A stretch of 64,000 nt of DNA from positions 46,348 through 110,347 of the forward strand of contig CAZROC010000001.1 of NCBI GenBank assembly GCA_964601625.1. The letters run 5' to 3'. A program made the position numbers and the translations under genes. Of this stretch, positions 45,025 to 54,128 are shown in pieces. Below the pieces are notes generated by a model that searched no databases, had not been told where the DNA came from, and was given only the letters and a program-made list of their open reading frames with translations. Source of the stretch: an uncultured Thermoplasmata archaeon (GTDB taxonomy: Archaea; Thermoplasmatota; Thermoplasmata; JAGHBH01). The first letter of the stretch is position 1. The number at the start of each line of letters is the position of its first letter.

Positions 45025-46356
45025 ATGGGAATGGACCCGACAGCGATGAAATACAAGATAAGAGCGACGATCACAACAGATGGGGTGGTGGAAAAACCAG
45101 ACGTCATAGGCGCCATATTCGGACAGAGCGAGGGCCTGCTTGGAGAGGAACTGGACCTCCGGGACCTCCAGAAGAGCGGGAGAATAGGCCGCATAGAGGT
45201 GGAAATATCGTCCCAGAAGGGGAAATCCGAGGGGACCATAGAGATACCCTCCAGCCTGGACCAGGTGGAAACCGCCATACTGGCCGCCGCTCTTGAAACC
45301 ATAGAGAGAGTTGGCCCGTGCAAAGCAGAAATAAAGGTTGAGGCAATAGAGGACGTGCGGATGAAAAAACGCCTGTTCATCGTTGAGCGGGCGAAAAAAC
45401 TCCTTGAAAAACTCCTTGAAGAGAGCAAGAACGTTTCCGCAGACCTCACAGAGTCTGTGAGGGAGGCGATACACGAAGAAGAGATAATCAGCTATGGGCC
45501 CGAAAAGCTCCCGGCGGGGCCCAACGTGGAAACAAGCGACTCAATCATTGTGGTAGAAGGAAGAAGCGATGTTCTCAACCTCTTGAAGCACGGGATAAAA
45601 AACGCCATAGCGGTTGAGGGAACCAGCATACCTGAGACGATACAGAAGCTCTCAGAGGAAAAAACGGTCATAGCGTTTGTGGACGGAGACAGGGGCGGAG
45701 AGCTCATCCTGAAGGAACTCCTGCAGGTGGCCGACGTTGATTTCATAGCGAGGGCTCCCCGGGCCCACGAAGTTGAAGAGCTGACCTACAAGCAGATTCA
45801 GAAAGCCCTCAGGAACAAGATACCCGCAGACCAGTTCATAGAGATGTATTCCATTGACATAGGCGACAGAAAGAAAAACCACCGCCACGAAGAAAAGAGA
45901 GAGGAGAAGAAGACGAGGGACAAAAACGGGGAAAACAGCCATGCATCTGAAAGGTCCGGGGCGGACAAAAACGGTGTGAAAAAAGAAGAAGAAAAAAAGG
46001 ATGAGGAAATGAAAACAGGCGGCGAAAAGAAAGCGAACAAAAAACTGGAGAAAAACCTGTCGCCTGAACAGGAAAAACTGAAAGAGCACATGGACAAAAT
46101 CATGGGAAAACACACCGTTCGCCTGCTTGACGAAAACTTCAACGTAGTCGCAGAAACACCTATAAAAGAGATGTTTAATATAATCAAAAAGAACGAGGGA
46201 AAGTTCAAAAAGATAGTGATGGACGGCATAGTAACCCAGAAGCTGGTTGACACAGCGGTTGCAACGGGCGCCGACGCCGTGGTCGGACTGAAAATGGGCA
46301 ACATCTCCAAAATGCCAGCCAGCCTGAAAGTGTGGACAAAAAAAGACCTGTACTAA
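45025..46356 (+). CDS. dnaG: Archaeal DnaG-type primase (TOPRIM) with a Lys/Glu-rich C-terminal extension
   Basis: KYKIRATITTDGVVEKPDVIGAIFGQSEGLLG is the archaeal DnaG N-terminus. TOPRIM: IIVVEGRSDVLNLLKHGIKNAIAVEGT...IAFVDGDRGGELI. Start at ATG 45025 after an AGGTGA Shine-Dalgarno. Confidence 0.85.
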   Translation: MGMDPTAMKYKIRATITTDGVVEKPDVIGAIFGQSEGLLGEELDLRDLQKSGRIGRIEVEISSQKGKSEGTIEIPSSLDQVETAILAAALETIERVGPCKAEIKVEAIEDVRMKKRLFIVERAKKLLEKLLEESKNVSADLTESVREAIHEEEIISYGPEKLPAGPNVETSDSIIVVEGRSDVLNLLKHGIKNAIAVEGTSIPETIQKLSEEKTVIAFVDGDRGGELILKELLQVADVDFIARAPRAHEVEELTYKQIQKALRNKIPADQFIEMYSIDIGDRKKNHRHEEKREEKKTRDKNGENSHASERSGADKNGVKKEEEKKDEEMKTGGEKKANKKLEKNLSPEQEKLKEHMDKIMGKHTVRLLDENFNVVAETPIKEMFNIIKKNEGKFKKIVMDGIVTQKLVDTAVATGADAVVGLKMGNISKMPASLKVWTKKDLY

Positions 46357-46371
46357 ACCGGTGGCCACAAG

Positions 46372-47901
46372 ATGCCAGAAAGAGAAAAACCACGCCTGGA
46401 CCCGCTGCGGGGCTTTGACCTGGAAGACATGGAAACAACAGAGGACATCATCATACCACACGACCCCCTAGACAGGGTCATAGGACAGGACGAGGCAATA
46501 GAACTCGCAAGGATAGCAGCGGCCCAGCACAGACACCTGCTCTTGGTGGGCCCCCCCGGAACGGGAAAGTCAATGATAGGCCAGGCACTGGCACTACATC
46601 TCCCACCGCCGCAGGAGGAAATACACGTTGTCCACAACCCGGAAAACCCCGAGCGGCCCGTCGTGGAAATAAAAACCCGGGAGGAGGTGGAAAAAGCCCA
46701 GAGAGAAAAAGAGAGCGCTGCCGGAGAGCTGATAGACCCGCGCGAGGCGCCCATAAATGTGGCCGAAAAGCTCGGGTTCAGGTGTATGCACTGCGGCACG
46801 TATTCGTCCCCCCGCGAGACGGTCTGCCCGAAGTGTGGAAGACCAAAGATGGTCCACCCCGCAAGCCAGAACCTGCCCTTCGGAGACATTTTCAGCGAGA
46901 TGATAAGCGCCATAAACCTGGGCAGAACAGAGCGTGTGACCACAACACGAAAACGGTTTGGAAAAGAAGAGGTGGTCGTCTACGAGCGGGCAGGAGAAAT
47001 GATACGTATGCTGGACCAGGAGGCACTTGAGAGGCGGCGAGAGCTGGAAAAGATGAGCCCCCGAAAGGTGCTGGTTCCCATTGACAGAAAACCCTTCGTC
47101 CTGGCCACGGGTGCGAGTGAGACAGAACTCCTGGGAGACGTGCGCCACGACCCCTACGGGGGCCATCCACAGCTCGGGACGTATCCCTATGAGAGGGTGT
47201 TGCCGGGCAGCATACACGAGGCACACGAGGGAGTACTTTTCATAGACGAGCTACCACACCTCGGACACCTCCAGAGGTACATACTCACCGCCATGCAGGA
47301 GAAAAAGTTCCCGATAACGGGTCGCAATCCACAGAGCGCCGGAGCCAGCGTGAGAGTTGACGACGTGCCATGTGATTTCATATTTGTGGGAGCGTGCAAC
47401 ATACAGGACCTGCCAGAGGTTCTTTCACCCCTGCGCTCAAGGATAATAGGCTCGGGGTACGAAATACTCGTGGAGACAACCATGCCAGACACCCCGGAGA
47501 ACAGGTCCAAACTAGCACAGTTTGTTGCCCAGGAGATATCCATGGACGGGAGGATACCCCACGCCACCCGCGGGGCCGTGAAAGCCATCATAGAGGAGGC
47601 AAAAAAACGTGCCAGGGTCTATGACAAAAAAGACCGTGCCCTGACACTCCGCCTGCGAGAACTCGGGGGGCTTGTCAGGGCGGCGGGAGACCTGGCCAGA
47701 AGAGAGGGAGCGGGGTACATAACAGAAAAACACGTGCGCATGGGACTCCGGATAAGCAAAACAGTTGAAGAGCAGATAAAAGAAAGGTACGGTTCCTATT
47801 ATAGCGGCGTGGCAGCCGATGTTTCCGGCGCACAGAAAGAGACGAGTCCATACCACTACTGGAACGTTACCATGCAAGACGACAAAAGAGGATACTGGTA
47901 G
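46372..47901 (+). CDS. LonB-like AAA+ ATPase without a protease domain or TM insert; carries a CxxC...CxxC zinc-ribbon insertion
   Basis: N-terminus DRVIGQDEAIELARIAAAQHRHLLLVGPPGTGKSM matches the archaeal LonB ATPase module; Walker B VLFIDEL. The protein ends ~130 aa after the AAA lid, with no S16 Ser-Lys protease region. CMHCGTYSSPRETVCPKCG sits where LonB has its transmembrane hairpin. Confidence 0.7.
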   Translation: MPEREKPRLDPLRGFDLEDMETTEDIIIPHDPLDRVIGQDEAIELARIAAAQHRHLLLVGPPGTGKSMIGQALALHLPPPQEEIHVVHNPENPERPVVEIKTREEVEKAQREKESAAGELIDPREAPINVAEKLGFRCMHCGTYSSPRETVCPKCGRPKMVHPASQNLPFGDIFSEMISAINLGRTERVTTTRKRFGKEEVVVYERAGEMIRMLDQEALERRRELEKMSPRKVLVPIDRKPFVLATGASETELLGDVRHDPYGGHPQLGTYPYERVLPGSIHEAHEGVLFIDELPHLGHLQRYILTAMQEKKFPITGRNPQSAGASVRVDDVPCDFIFVGACNIQDLPEVLSPLRSRIIGSGYEILVETTMPDTPENRSKLAQFVAQEISMDGRIPHATRGAVKAIIEEAKKRARVYDKKDRALTLRLRELGGLVRAAGDLARREGAGYITEKHVRMGLRISKTVEEQIKERYGSYYSGVAADVSGAQKETSPYHYWNVTMQDDKRGYW

Positions 47902-47950
47902 ACCCCGGAGGCGTATTTGTGGGGGATTGTTTAGAAAGGCTGGGTTTTTG

Positions 47951-48391
47951 TTAGAAGAAGGGTTTTCTCACCATTTTATAGGCCGGAGAACCGTCCGTGT
48001 AGTAGCCGGGCAGGATTTCCACTATCTCAAACCCCCTCTTTCTGTAAAAATCTATGGCCCCGGAGTTGTTCGTCCTCACCTCAAGGGTTATGCCAGAGAG
48101 GTTTCTGTTGGAAAAACGGCACAGCAACTCATCAAACAGTGCGGACCCGACACCCCGGCAGCGGTATCTCTCATCAACAGCCAGCATGAGGATCCTGAGC
48201 ATCCGGTCCTCTTCCACTCCAAGGACGAAACCAACCACTTCTCCCCCGTCAACAGCGACAATGAACCCTTCGGGGGAAAGGGCGTATATGGTGGTGAACA
48301 GCGAGGGATCGTAGGGCTCTCTTAGAGTGTTATCTGATAGACGTTTGACCTTTTCAAGGTCCGAGGGCCTGAAAGAACGTATAACCAACAT
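47951..48391 (-). CDS. GNAT family N-acetyltransferase (RimI-like)
   Basis: RCRGVGSALFDELL... is the acetyl-CoA-binding motif A (R/Q-x-x-G-x-G/A); ~146 aa. Confidence 0.75.
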   Translation of the reverse strand: MLVIRSFRPSDLEKVKRLSDNTLREPYDPSLFTTIYALSPEGFIVAVDGGEVVGFVLGVEEDRMLRILMLAVDERYRCRGVGSALFDELLCRFSNRNLSGITLEVRTNNSGAIDFYRKRGFEIVEILPGYYTDGSPAYKMVRKPFF

Positions 48392-48406
48392 GACCGCACA
48401 GTCATA

Positions 48407-48676
48407 TCACGCTGTGCCAGCGCTGAGAGCCTCCAGCCTGCTTATTATGTTCCATATTATGGTACGTCCATGGAGAGGGATATTGGGATCATTTGCCAGC
48501 TCATCAAGTATACTTATGGCGCTGGCCGCTCTCACATCCAGGTCTTCGTCTTTTTTCAAAAGAATGTTCTTCGCTTCTGCCGCTCCACGCCTTATGTTCC
48601 TCGGGACGCTGGTGTCTTCTGCCAGCTGGTCAAGGACGTCAAGTATCTGTCTGAGTTTTTCATCCACATCTGCCAT
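48407..48676 (-). CDS. UPF0147-family small conserved archaeal protein
   Basis: LDVLDQLAEDTSVPRNIRRGAAEAKNILL...VRAASAISILDELANDPNIPLHGRTIIWNIISRLE matches the UPF0147 pattern from memory. Start at the internal ATG to avoid overlap with the upstream gene. Confidence 0.5.
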   Translation of the reverse strand: MADVDEKLRQILDVLDQLAEDTSVPRNIRRGAAEAKNILLKKDEDLDVRAASAISILDELANDPNIPLHGRTIIWNIISRLEALSAGTA

Positions 48677-48695
48677 GGTATCACACCTCCCGTGG

Positions 48696-49088
48696 TTATT
48701 CTCCTTCACCAGATGCTTCGCCCTCTTCTTTTCCCTCGCCCCCACGCTCTTTTTCTTCAGGGAGCTTAACCATCACTCTGCCGTTTTCTTTGTAAACCGT
48801 CACAACCATCATGGTGCGGGTTTCCTTCACACCACTTATCTTTCCAAGCCTGTCCACCACGAAGTGTTTCATCTCCGGGTAGTTCCCAAAACGCACCTTT
48901 GCGATTATATCCGTTTCGCCTGTGACCAGAAACACGTCGTCCACGTGTTCAAACTGGGAGATCGTCGTAGCAACATTGTCCGCCTCTTTTGTGTCTATTT
49001 TCAGCATTATTATCGCAAGCACCTGGTCTTCGTCCACATAATAGGACGAAAGAGCGTTTTCCAGTTCTCTCTCCTCTTTTTCCGACAT
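48696..49088 (-). CDS. Stand-alone Lrp/AsnC-type RAM (ligand-binding) domain protein with an acidic C-terminal tail; no HTH domain
   Basis: VLAIIMLKID...VATTISQFEHVDDVFLVTGETDIIAKVRFGNYPEMKHFV...ISGVKETRTMMV is the RAM domain (beta-alpha-beta-beta-alpha-beta). There is no N-terminal helix-turn-helix. Confidence 0.6.
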   Translation of the reverse strand: MSEKEERELENALSSYYVDEDQVLAIIMLKIDTKEADNVATTISQFEHVDDVFLVTGETDIIAKVRFGNYPEMKHFVVDRLGKISGVKETRTMMVVTVYKENGRVMVKLPEEKERGGEGKEEGEASGEGE

Positions 49089-49299
49089 TCCGATACCTCC
49101 GTCTAGTTATGGAACCTATATATCACAGCGGAAACGATTTTCCGTTGGAACCTCACCCGGGGATATACCGGCGATGGATATAACACTTTCCAACCACACC
49201 GGTCCCCCTCCCACCCTCTACCCGCCCATCCTCCACGGTCTCAAAACCAAAAAAACGTTTTTAAACAACGAGAAAGTTGTGGTCCCGGGTGGTAGAAAC

Positions 49300-50418
49300 A
49301 TGGAATATTTCAGAGACACCGACACGATAGACGAGGCTCTTAAAAAAGCGGCGGATGTGGCGATAAAAGACGTTCTGGGCGTCAAAGAAGGCGAAAAGGT
49401 TCTCATAATCACCAACCCCCCCGGGGACGCGAAGAAGATATCAGAGGCGCTCTACGACTCCTGTCTGGACGCGGGAGCAGACCCCGCCCTTATATTCCAG
49501 CCGGTCAAAACACAGCTGGACTTCGCAGAGCCATCTGTCATAGGAGCACTAAGGATGAACCCGGACGTGGCCATATCAATAAGCCACCAGAAACTGGGAA
49601 AAGATCCCTTTGCTATGAAAGAGCCCATAGTCGTGGGAGAAAAGAGATACAACCACGTCTTCAACTACCTCCTGGGCGAAAAAAAGATGAGAAGCTTCTG
49701 GAGCCCCACAATAACGGTGCCCATGTTCGTTGAGACCGTGCCCATAGACTACAAACAGCTGAGAGATGACTGTGAAAGGGTCAAAAAGGTCCTGGACTGG
49801 GCCGACGAGGTGCACATAACCGCCCCCTCGGGTACAGACATAACCATCGGCGTGAAAAACAGGGAAGCAATGAAAGACGACGGAAATTTCACATTCCCAG
49901 GGGCCGGTGGAAACCTCCCCGCAGGAGAGGTCTTCATATCCCCCGCCCTTGGGACCAGCCACGGAGTCATAGCGTACGATGGGAGCATATCCAGCGACAG
50001 GGGAGAAATAATCATCAGGGAGCCGATAATCTGCGAGGTGGCCGACAACCACGTGGTCAGCATAAAAGGAGGCGAAGAAGCAGCAAGGCTGTCTGAGACG
50101 ATAAAACGCGCCGAACAGAAGCCCTTTGAGATGGCAAAAGAGGGACAGATAACACAGAAAGACGCCGAGGAATACTCACGCAACGCCAGAAACCTCGGAG
50201 AACTGGGAATAGGACTCAACAGAAAGGCCCGCATCGTGGGAAACATGCTGGAGGACGAAAAGGTCTACGGGACATGTCACATAGCCATCGGCTCAAACTA
50301 CGACGAAGACGCAGAGGCACTCATACACCTGGACGGGCTGATAAAAAACCCCACCATAGTCGCCATAAAAGGCAGAGAAGAGCGAAAGATAATGGTGGAC
50401 GGAAAACTCGTTGTGTGA
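49300..50418 (+). CDS. Aminopeptidase, M29-like (AmpS/aminopeptidase T family) candidate
   Basis: The size and domain layout resemble M29 thermophilic metalloproteases. Start at ATG 49300, with a TTTTTAAA box ~36 nt upstream. Family assignment is tentative. Confidence 0.45.
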   Translation: MEYFRDTDTIDEALKKAADVAIKDVLGVKEGEKVLIITNPPGDAKKISEALYDSCLDAGADPALIFQPVKTQLDFAEPSVIGALRMNPDVAISISHQKLGKDPFAMKEPIVVGEKRYNHVFNYLLGEKKMRSFWSPTITVPMFVETVPIDYKQLRDDCERVKKVLDWADEVHITAPSGTDITIGVKNREAMKDDGNFTFPGAGGNLPAGEVFISPALGTSHGVIAYDGSISSDRGEIIIREPIICEVADNHVVSIKGGEEAARLSETIKRAEQKPFEMAKEGQITQKDAEEYSRNARNLGELGIGLNRKARIVGNMLEDEKVYGTCHIAIGSNYDEDAEALIHLDGLIKNPTIVAIKGREERKIMVDGKLVV

Positions 50419-50457
50419 ACCCCGGAATGTTCAACCAGTTCATCTCACATGTTCATC

Positions 50458-50625
50458 TCACATATAGCTCTCAAACTCTTCCTGGATGTCTATCATGACC
50501 TGTTCCAGGACCTCTTCAAGGGACTCGCTCCGGTATTCTCTCAGACCGCCGAGGTCGCTCTGAATCTTTGCGACAAACGTGCTGTTGTCTCTCAGAAATT
50601 CCACGCTGCACAGGGGCTCTTCCAT
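50458..50625 (-). CDS. Small acidic protein (55 aa), hypothetical
   Basis: The internal ATG is preceded by a strong Shine-Dalgarno (AAAAGGAGGTATTGGAT-ATG) and a ~55-nt polypurine leader; the longer ORF-track version (107 aa) has a basic low-complexity N-terminus. Confidence 0.3.
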   Translation of the reverse strand: MEEPLCSVEFLRDNSTFVAKIQSDLGGLREYRSESLEEVLEQVMIDIQEEFESYM

Positions 50626-50889
50626 ATCCAATACCTCCTTTTCTCTTTTCTTTTTCCTTCTTCTACATCTCTTTTTCCTTTTTCCATCGCTCTCTTCCGG
50701 CTCTTTCAGGGGTAAAAAGGTGGTGTATTTAACCTTTACCGATAGCGTTTGCTCCCGGTTTAGGCGTTTGTTACAGATCACAGCAAAAAACAGACAGAAT
50801 TGTATGCAGCAATGAGCCGGCGCCGTGCCGGTGTGCGTTCGTCGGGCGCATGAAAACTCTTATATCCTCTCTTATTGTGGGCTGGTTGA

Positions 50890-52152
50890 ATGGAGCAGAA
50901 ACTCGCTGAAGAGGAGAGGCGGAAAAACCTTGAAAAGGCCCGTTATGATTTCAAAAGGGCGCTTGAGGAGTTGAGACAGTATTCGGGGCGGGGGACAGAG
51001 CTCATCTCACTCTATATACCGCCAACGAGACAGATACACGAGGTCATGGCATACCTGCGAAACGAGTACTCTCAGAGCAGCAACATAAAATCAAAGAGCA
51101 CCAGGAAAAACGTTATGGCGGCGATAGAGTCCATAATGAGCCGGCTCAAAGCGTACAAAACGCCTCCGCCAAACGGCCTGGTCTTCTTTGTGGGCCACGT
51201 CCCGAAAGCGGGGGACCAGACGGAAATGGTGGCATACGTCCTGGAGCCGCCGGAGCCAATTTCCACCTATCTCTACAGGTGTGACTCCCGGTTCTATCTT
51301 GAGCCCCTTGAGGATATGCTGGTTGAAAAGAAATCGTATGGTCTCATAGTCATAGACCGAAACGAGGCCACCATTGGTCTCCTGCGAGGGAAAAGGATAC
51401 AGGTCATAAGGAACATCCAGAGCAGGGTCATGGGAAAACACCGCCAGGGGGGACAGTCCAGCGTCCGTTTTGAACGTCTGATAGAGATCGCCGTGCACGA
51501 GTATTTCAAAAAGGTGGGAGACGCCGCCAACGAAGCATTTCTGCAGGAACCCGAGCTCCAAGGTATCCTGATAGGCGGGCCGGGGTCCACAAAGAGGGTT
51601 TTCGCCGAGAAAGACTATTTGCACCACGAGCTGAAAAAAAAGATAATAGACCTGATAGACACAGGCTACACCGATGAGTACGGGTTGCGGGAGCTCGTCC
51701 AGAACGCGGAAAGGGTGCTGGCGGACATTGAGATGGTGAAGGAAAAAAGACTCATGCAGAGGTTTCTACGTGAGGTGCGGAAGCCCAACGGCGGGCTGGC
51801 CGCTTATGGAGAGGAGGAGGTGAGACGGGCCCTGGAACTCGGGGCGGTGGACACCCTTCTGATATCGGAAGACCTCCGCGAGTACCGGCTGAAGTTCAGG
51901 TGTCCTTCCTGTGGAAAAGAGGTGTCTCTCAAAGAAAAGGAAAAAATAGTGGCACCCACGTGTCCAGAGTGCGGTTCTACCATGGAAATCGTTGAGAAGG
52001 TTGATCTGGTAGACGAGTACTATGACCTCGGAGAGATGGGGGGAGCAAAGGTGGTCCTGGTCTCCACGGACACAGAGGAGGGGGAGATGTTAAAAAGGGC
52101 TTTTGGGGGGGTGGCTGCCATATTGCGCTACAAGGTTGACACCACCACGTAG
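50890..52152 (+). CDS. prf1: Peptide chain release factor aRF1
   Basis: NIKS motif (SSNIKSKSTRKNV) and GGQ motif (RQGGQSSVRFERL); the C-terminal domain has a CxxC...CxxC zinc-ribbon insertion (CPSCGKEV...CPECGSTM). Confidence 0.9.
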   Translation: MEQKLAEEERRKNLEKARYDFKRALEELRQYSGRGTELISLYIPPTRQIHEVMAYLRNEYSQSSNIKSKSTRKNVMAAIESIMSRLKAYKTPPPNGLVFFVGHVPKAGDQTEMVAYVLEPPEPISTYLYRCDSRFYLEPLEDMLVEKKSYGLIVIDRNEATIGLLRGKRIQVIRNIQSRVMGKHRQGGQSSVRFERLIEIAVHEYFKKVGDAANEAFLQEPELQGILIGGPGSTKRVFAEKDYLHHELKKKIIDLIDTGYTDEYGLRELVQNAERVLADIEMVKEKRLMQRFLREVRKPNGGLAAYGEEEVRRALELGAVDTLLISEDLREYRLKFRCPSCGKEVSLKEKEKIVAPTCPECGSTMEIVEKVDLVDEYYDLGEMGGAKVVLVSTDTEEGEMLKRAFGGVAAILRYKVDTTT

Positions 52153-52164
52153 GGGGAGAGAGCG

Positions 52165-54012
52165 TTGTGTGAAAAAAAGAGCACGTCTACCAGCCACGCC
52201 GGAATAATTTACAACCCCTTCGGCCACCTCCAGGAAGCTATAAAAGAAAACGTCCTCCTTGCTGTCGGAGAGACCACCGGCGGCGACATCGGGTGGGACG
52301 CAACGGTGGAGACCCCCCCGCAGGAAATGGGAGACCTGGCCGTCCCCGTGTTCTCACTGTCCAGGTTCCTCAAAAAGTCTCCCCGGGACATAGCGGAAGA
52401 GATAGCAGAGAAAACCGCCATTAAAATGAGAGAAAAAGGGTTACTTGGGGAGGTAATAAGTGAGATAAAACCCGTGGGTGGTTATATAAACTTCAGAGTC
52501 AAGGGCGACTGGCTTGCATATGTCACCCTCCGGGCCATATCCGTTCTGGGAGAAAGGTACGGGACTGCCGGACGTACAAAAGATGGCGGGGGGGGACAGA
52601 GGGTTGTCCTGGAGCACACCAGCGCCAACCCGACAGACGACCTCCACGTGGGCCGGGCCAGGAACCCCATAATCGGAGACACTCTCGCCAGGGTTCTCCG
52701 CCACTATGGAAATCTTGTGGAGACCCAGTACTATGTTGATGACATGGGCAAACAGGCGGTTTTGCTGGCCTACGGAGAATATCTCTGGGAAAAGCTGGGG
52801 GACGAGGAGAAAAAAGGCCATCTTGGGCCCTACCAGTACGCTGTCTCCGTCCTGGAAAAAGACCCTGGTGCCAGAGAAGAAGTGGAAAAATGGGTCAGAG
52901 CCATTGAACACGGTACCCCCCTGGTGGTTGGTGGGAAAGACGTGGCAGAGAGGGTGGGGGAGAGCTGTAAAAGAGTGCTTGAAGAAAAGATACTTGAAAC
53001 GCTCAAAACCGCTAATATAAAAGTTGATTCTCTGGTTTATGAATCCTCTTTTGTCAAAGATGGCAGCGTCAAAAAAGTGATTGAACGCCTCCAAAAACTC
53101 CCGCAGGCACAGCAGGACGCCACAGGGGCATGGTACATAGACATGGCACCCTTCGGTGTCAGGGGCAGAGACACAAAGTTCTATTTCACACGCAGCGACG
53201 GCACCAGCCTGTACGCCACCCGGGACATAGCATACCACATCTGGAAACTGGAGAGATATGATAGAGCGATAAATGTCCTGGGCGAAGACCACCGGCTTGA
53301 GGCAAAACAGGTCGCTGTGGCCCTCCAACTCCTGGGATATAAAAAACTGCCAGAGGTGGTCTTTTACGCTTTTGTCGGGCTCCCGGGCGGAAGGATGTCA
53401 ACCAGACGCGGCCAGGTCGTGTATTTCAGAGATCTATTGGAGGAGGCCGTTGAAAGGGCGCTGGCAGAGGTAAAAAGGAGACGCACGGACCTGGACATAA
53501 ACAAACAGGTGGAGATAGCAAGGGCCGTTGGAATAGGCGCCGTGCGGTACAACATAATACGTGTCCAGCCGGAAAAAAAGATGGTCTTCAGATGGGAAGA
53601 CGCTCTGAACTTTGAGGGAGAAAGCGCCCCTTTTATCCAGTACTCCCATGCCAGGGCGTGTAGCATCATGCGAAAGGCGAAAGAGGATGGAGCGGTGGGA
53701 GACGTTATAGATGAGGACATGCACACATATGCGGGCCTGCTGTCGCACCCGTCCGAGAGACGCCTGATAAAAGACCTGGCATATTTCCCCTCTGCCATAT
53801 CAAGGGTCGCTCATGAAAAAAGACCACACCACCTCGCTGACATCACCTACGCCGTGGCAAAGGATTTCAACCAGTTTTACAGGGACTGCCCCGTCCTGTC
53901 ATCCCCTGAAAAGAATCTGAGAGAAGCCAGGTTGCTGCTTGTCCTCTCCACGAAGACAGTTCTGGCAACCGGGCTGAGACTGCTTGGAATAGAAGCCCCA
54001 GAGGAAATGTGA
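52165..54012 (+). CDS. argS: Arginyl-tRNA synthetase
   Basis: HTSANPTDDLHVGRARNPIIGD is the class-I HIGH-type motif of ArgRS; the C-terminal DALR anticodon-binding region is present. The start appears to be TTG at 52165 (no in-frame ATG for 55 codons). Confidence 0.9.
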   Translation: MCEKKSTSTSHAGIIYNPFGHLQEAIKENVLLAVGETTGGDIGWDATVETPPQEMGDLAVPVFSLSRFLKKSPRDIAEEIAEKTAIKMREKGLLGEVISEIKPVGGYINFRVKGDWLAYVTLRAISVLGERYGTAGRTKDGGGGQRVVLEHTSANPTDDLHVGRARNPIIGDTLARVLRHYGNLVETQYYVDDMGKQAVLLAYGEYLWEKLGDEEKKGHLGPYQYAVSVLEKDPGAREEVEKWVRAIEHGTPLVVGGKDVAERVGESCKRVLEEKILETLKTANIKVDSLVYESSFVKDGSVKKVIERLQKLPQAQQDATGAWYIDMAPFGVRGRDTKFYFTRSDGTSLYATRDIAYHIWKLERYDRAINVLGEDHRLEAKQVAVALQLLGYKKLPEVVFYAFVGLPGGRMSTRRGQVVYFRDLLEEAVERALAEVKRRRTDLDINKQVEIARAVGIGAVRYNIIRVQPEKKMVFRWEDALNFEGESAPFIQYSHARACSIMRKAKEDGAVGDVIDEDMHTYAGLLSHPSERRLIKDLAYFPSAISRVAHEKRPHHLADITYAVAKDFNQFYRDCPVLSSPEKNLREARLLLVLSTKTVLATGLRLLGIEAPEEM

Positions 54013-54128
54013 CGCACCCGCTGTTATCCAAGAATATGAGAAAAACGGCGAATGTAAAGACGATAATGAAAAGTTTATATCAGAGCAAGGGTATGCTATG
54101 CTTTGCCACACGCAAGGGAGGAGAACAT

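Noticed and set aside
47819-48325. 168-codon plus-strand ORF downstream of the Lon-like gene, considered as a separated protease domain
   Set aside because: No Ser-Lys dyad or S16-like motifs; it overlaps the GNAT gene, which has clear acetyltransferase motifs, on the opposite strand.
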